NCBI GenBank assembly: GCA_963738165.1
Contig: CAVTVE010000005.1
Coordinates: 19,585-83,584, forward strand
Origin: an uncultured Acidobacteriota bacterium
GTDB taxonomy: Bacteria > Acidobacteriota > Terriglobia > Terriglobales > Acidobacteriaceae
Direction: 5' to 3'
DNA: 64,000 nt
Each line of letters opens with the position of its first letter. Positions within the stretch are counted from its first letter, which is position 1. The notes under the pieces were generated by a model. That model made no database searches. It saw only the letters and a program-made list of their open reading frames with translations, and was not told the origin of the DNA. Below, in pieces: positions 62,604-64,000 of the stretch. A program made the position numbers and the translations under genes.

Positions 62604-64000
62604 ATGGTAAGTACCAGCGTTGTCGTGGGTCAGGGCGCTGACAGCCGCCACGATCGCGAGCCCGTTGTAAATAATTTCAGCATTCAAGTCGCAACCGTAA
62701 ACGGTTCCGGTTCACAGTCGGCCAATTCCGTTCTCATGCGCGCCATCTTTGAGATGGGCGTTCCGGTGAGCGGCAAAAACCTGTTTCCCTCGAACATTGC
62801 CGGACTTCCGACCTGGTTCACGATTCGCGTCAGCAAAGATGGCTATGTAGCTCGCAAGAGCACCTCAGAGTTGCTGATCGCGATGAATTCGGAGTCTGCC
62901 GCCGAGGATGTTCGCGCTCTCAAGCCCGGCTCTGTGGTCGTGTTTGATGAGCCTCTTAAGCTGGAGGCTTTGCGAGACGATCTGGCCTTCTACTCCGTTC
63001 CGTTCGACAAGCTGGTGGGGCCGCTGGCTCCTGAACCGAAGCTGAAAAAGCTGCTGCGCAACATGATTTACGTAGGCGTAATGGCGCACCTGCTCTCGCT
63101 GGAGATGGCGGAGGTGGAAGACGCGATCAGCAAGCAATTCAGCGGCAAAAAGCGCGCCACCGAGGTGAACGTCGCCGCCGCGCGCGCCGGGTATGAGTTC
63201 GCAGCCGCCAATCTTTCTCGCTCGCGCTTCCAGGTTGAGCGCATGAATGAGAACGCGAACAAGATCATCATCGACGGCAACGCTGCTGCTGCCTTGGGCG
63301 CGCTATTCGCCGGAGTCACGGTCGTCTCCTGGTATCCGATTACGCCGTCGTCCTCGCTGATCGAGAGCTTGACGGAGTTTCTGAAGCGGTATCGAGTGGG
63401 CGCCGACGGCAAAGCTACCTTCGCGGTGGTGCAGGCCGAGGATGAACTGGCCGCCGTGGGTATGGTGCTCGGCGCTTCATGGGCGGGAGCCCGGGCGATG
63501 ACTTCCACCTCAGGGCCGGGAATCTCTTTGATGGCCGAGATGACGGGGCTGGGCTACTACGTCGAGATTCCAGCCGTGATCTGGGATGTGCAGAGGGTCG
63601 GCCCCTCGACCGGTTTGCCCACGCGCACGGCGCAGAGCGATCTGCTCTCGACCGCATTTCTTTCTCACGGCGATACCAAGCATCCGATCCTTCTTCCTGC
63701 ATCGGTCGCAGACTGCTTTGAGTTTGGCATGGCGGCCTTCGATCTGGCGGAGCGGCTGCAGACGCCGATTTTTGTGCTCAGCGATCTGGATATCGGCATG
63801 AACCACTGGGTCAGCGATCCTTTTGCCTATCCATCGGCACCGCAGGATCGCGGCAAGGTTCTAAGCAAGCGGGATGTGGAGCGCCTCGGCGGCTTTGCGC
63901 GTTATAAGGACGTGGACGGCGATGGCATCGGCTATCGCACCCTGCCCGGAACCGCGCATCCCAATGCGGCATGGTTTGCGCGCGGCAGTGGACACAATGA
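62604..64000 (+). CDS. 2-oxoacid:ferredoxin (acceptor) oxidoreductase alpha subunit with fused gamma-like N-terminal domain; 3' end beyond window
   Basis: Not in the ORF track because there is no stop in the window; translated by eye. ATVNGSGSQSANSVLMRAIFEMGVPVSGKNLFPSNIAGLPTWF (gamma-type domain), then IIDGNAAAALGALFAGVTVVSWYPITPSS and SGPGISLMAEMTGLGYYVEIP (alpha/PFOR domain I). Confidence 0.8.
   Translation, partial: MVSTSVVVGQGADSRHDREPVVNNFSIQVATVNGSGSQSANSVLMRAIFEMGVPVSGKNLFPSNIAGLPTWFTIRVSKDGYVARKSTSELLIAMNSESAAEDVRALKPGSVVVFDEPLKLEALRDDLAFYSVPFDKLVGPLAPEPKLKKLLRNMIYVGVMAHLLSLEMAEVEDAISKQFSGKKRATEVNVAAARAGYEFAAANLSRSRFQVERMNENANKIIIDGNAAAALGALFAGVTVVSWYPITPSSSLIESLTEFLKRYRVGADGKATFAVVQAEDELAAVGMVLGASWAGARAMTSTSGPGISLMAEMTGLGYYVEIPAVIWDVQRVGPSTGLPTRTAQSDLLSTAFLSHGDTKHPILLPASVADCFEFGMAAFDLAERLQTPIFVLSDLDIGMNHWVSDPFAYPSAPQDRGKVLSKRDVERLGGFARYKDVDGDGIGYRTLPGTAHPNAAWFARGSGHN

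Overview
Bacterial chromosomal window, moderately GC-rich. The protein content suggests an Acidobacteriota-like soil bacterium, but that is inference only. The window splits into two parts.

(1) Positions 1-28473 are a mosaic accessory region. It holds:
- an ISL3-family IS with an 8-bp target duplication;
- a frameshifted tyrosine integrase;
- three full-length group II introns: two copies of 2,002 bp with letter-identical ORFs, inverted, at 3205-5206 and 26472-28473, plus a second family at 9231-11216;
- an IS1182/IS5-like IS;
- a ~200-bp MITE-like element and at least 9 dispersed copies of its terminal motif;
- two serine-recombinase remnants;
- orphan secreted and zinc-ribbon genes;
- a frameshifted DUF1566-like gene;
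- a topoisomerase III-RecQ fusion locus followed by HU and a Lys/Ala-rich histone-like gene.

(2) Positions 28474-64000 are ordinary core genes: pgm-glgP, a TetR/NmrA/hydrolase cluster, pepF, SDR, pgsA, a glycosyltransferase, tadA, aguA-aguB, a Fur-family regulator, arylsulfatase, a DHH phosphoesterase, dnaE, accA, and a partial 2-oxoacid:ferredoxin oxidoreductase alpha subunit.

I saw no rRNA, tRNA or CRISPR array.

The most interesting observations are:
- a covalent Topo III-RecQ fusion, interrupted by one frame break;
- group II introns whose domain VI appears expanded to about 108 nt;
- a palindromic/TIR-like repeat family that coincides with the intron insertion points.

CDS coordinates come from the supplied ORF track. 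Repeat and RNA-structure coordinates were counted by hand and may be off by 1-2 nt.
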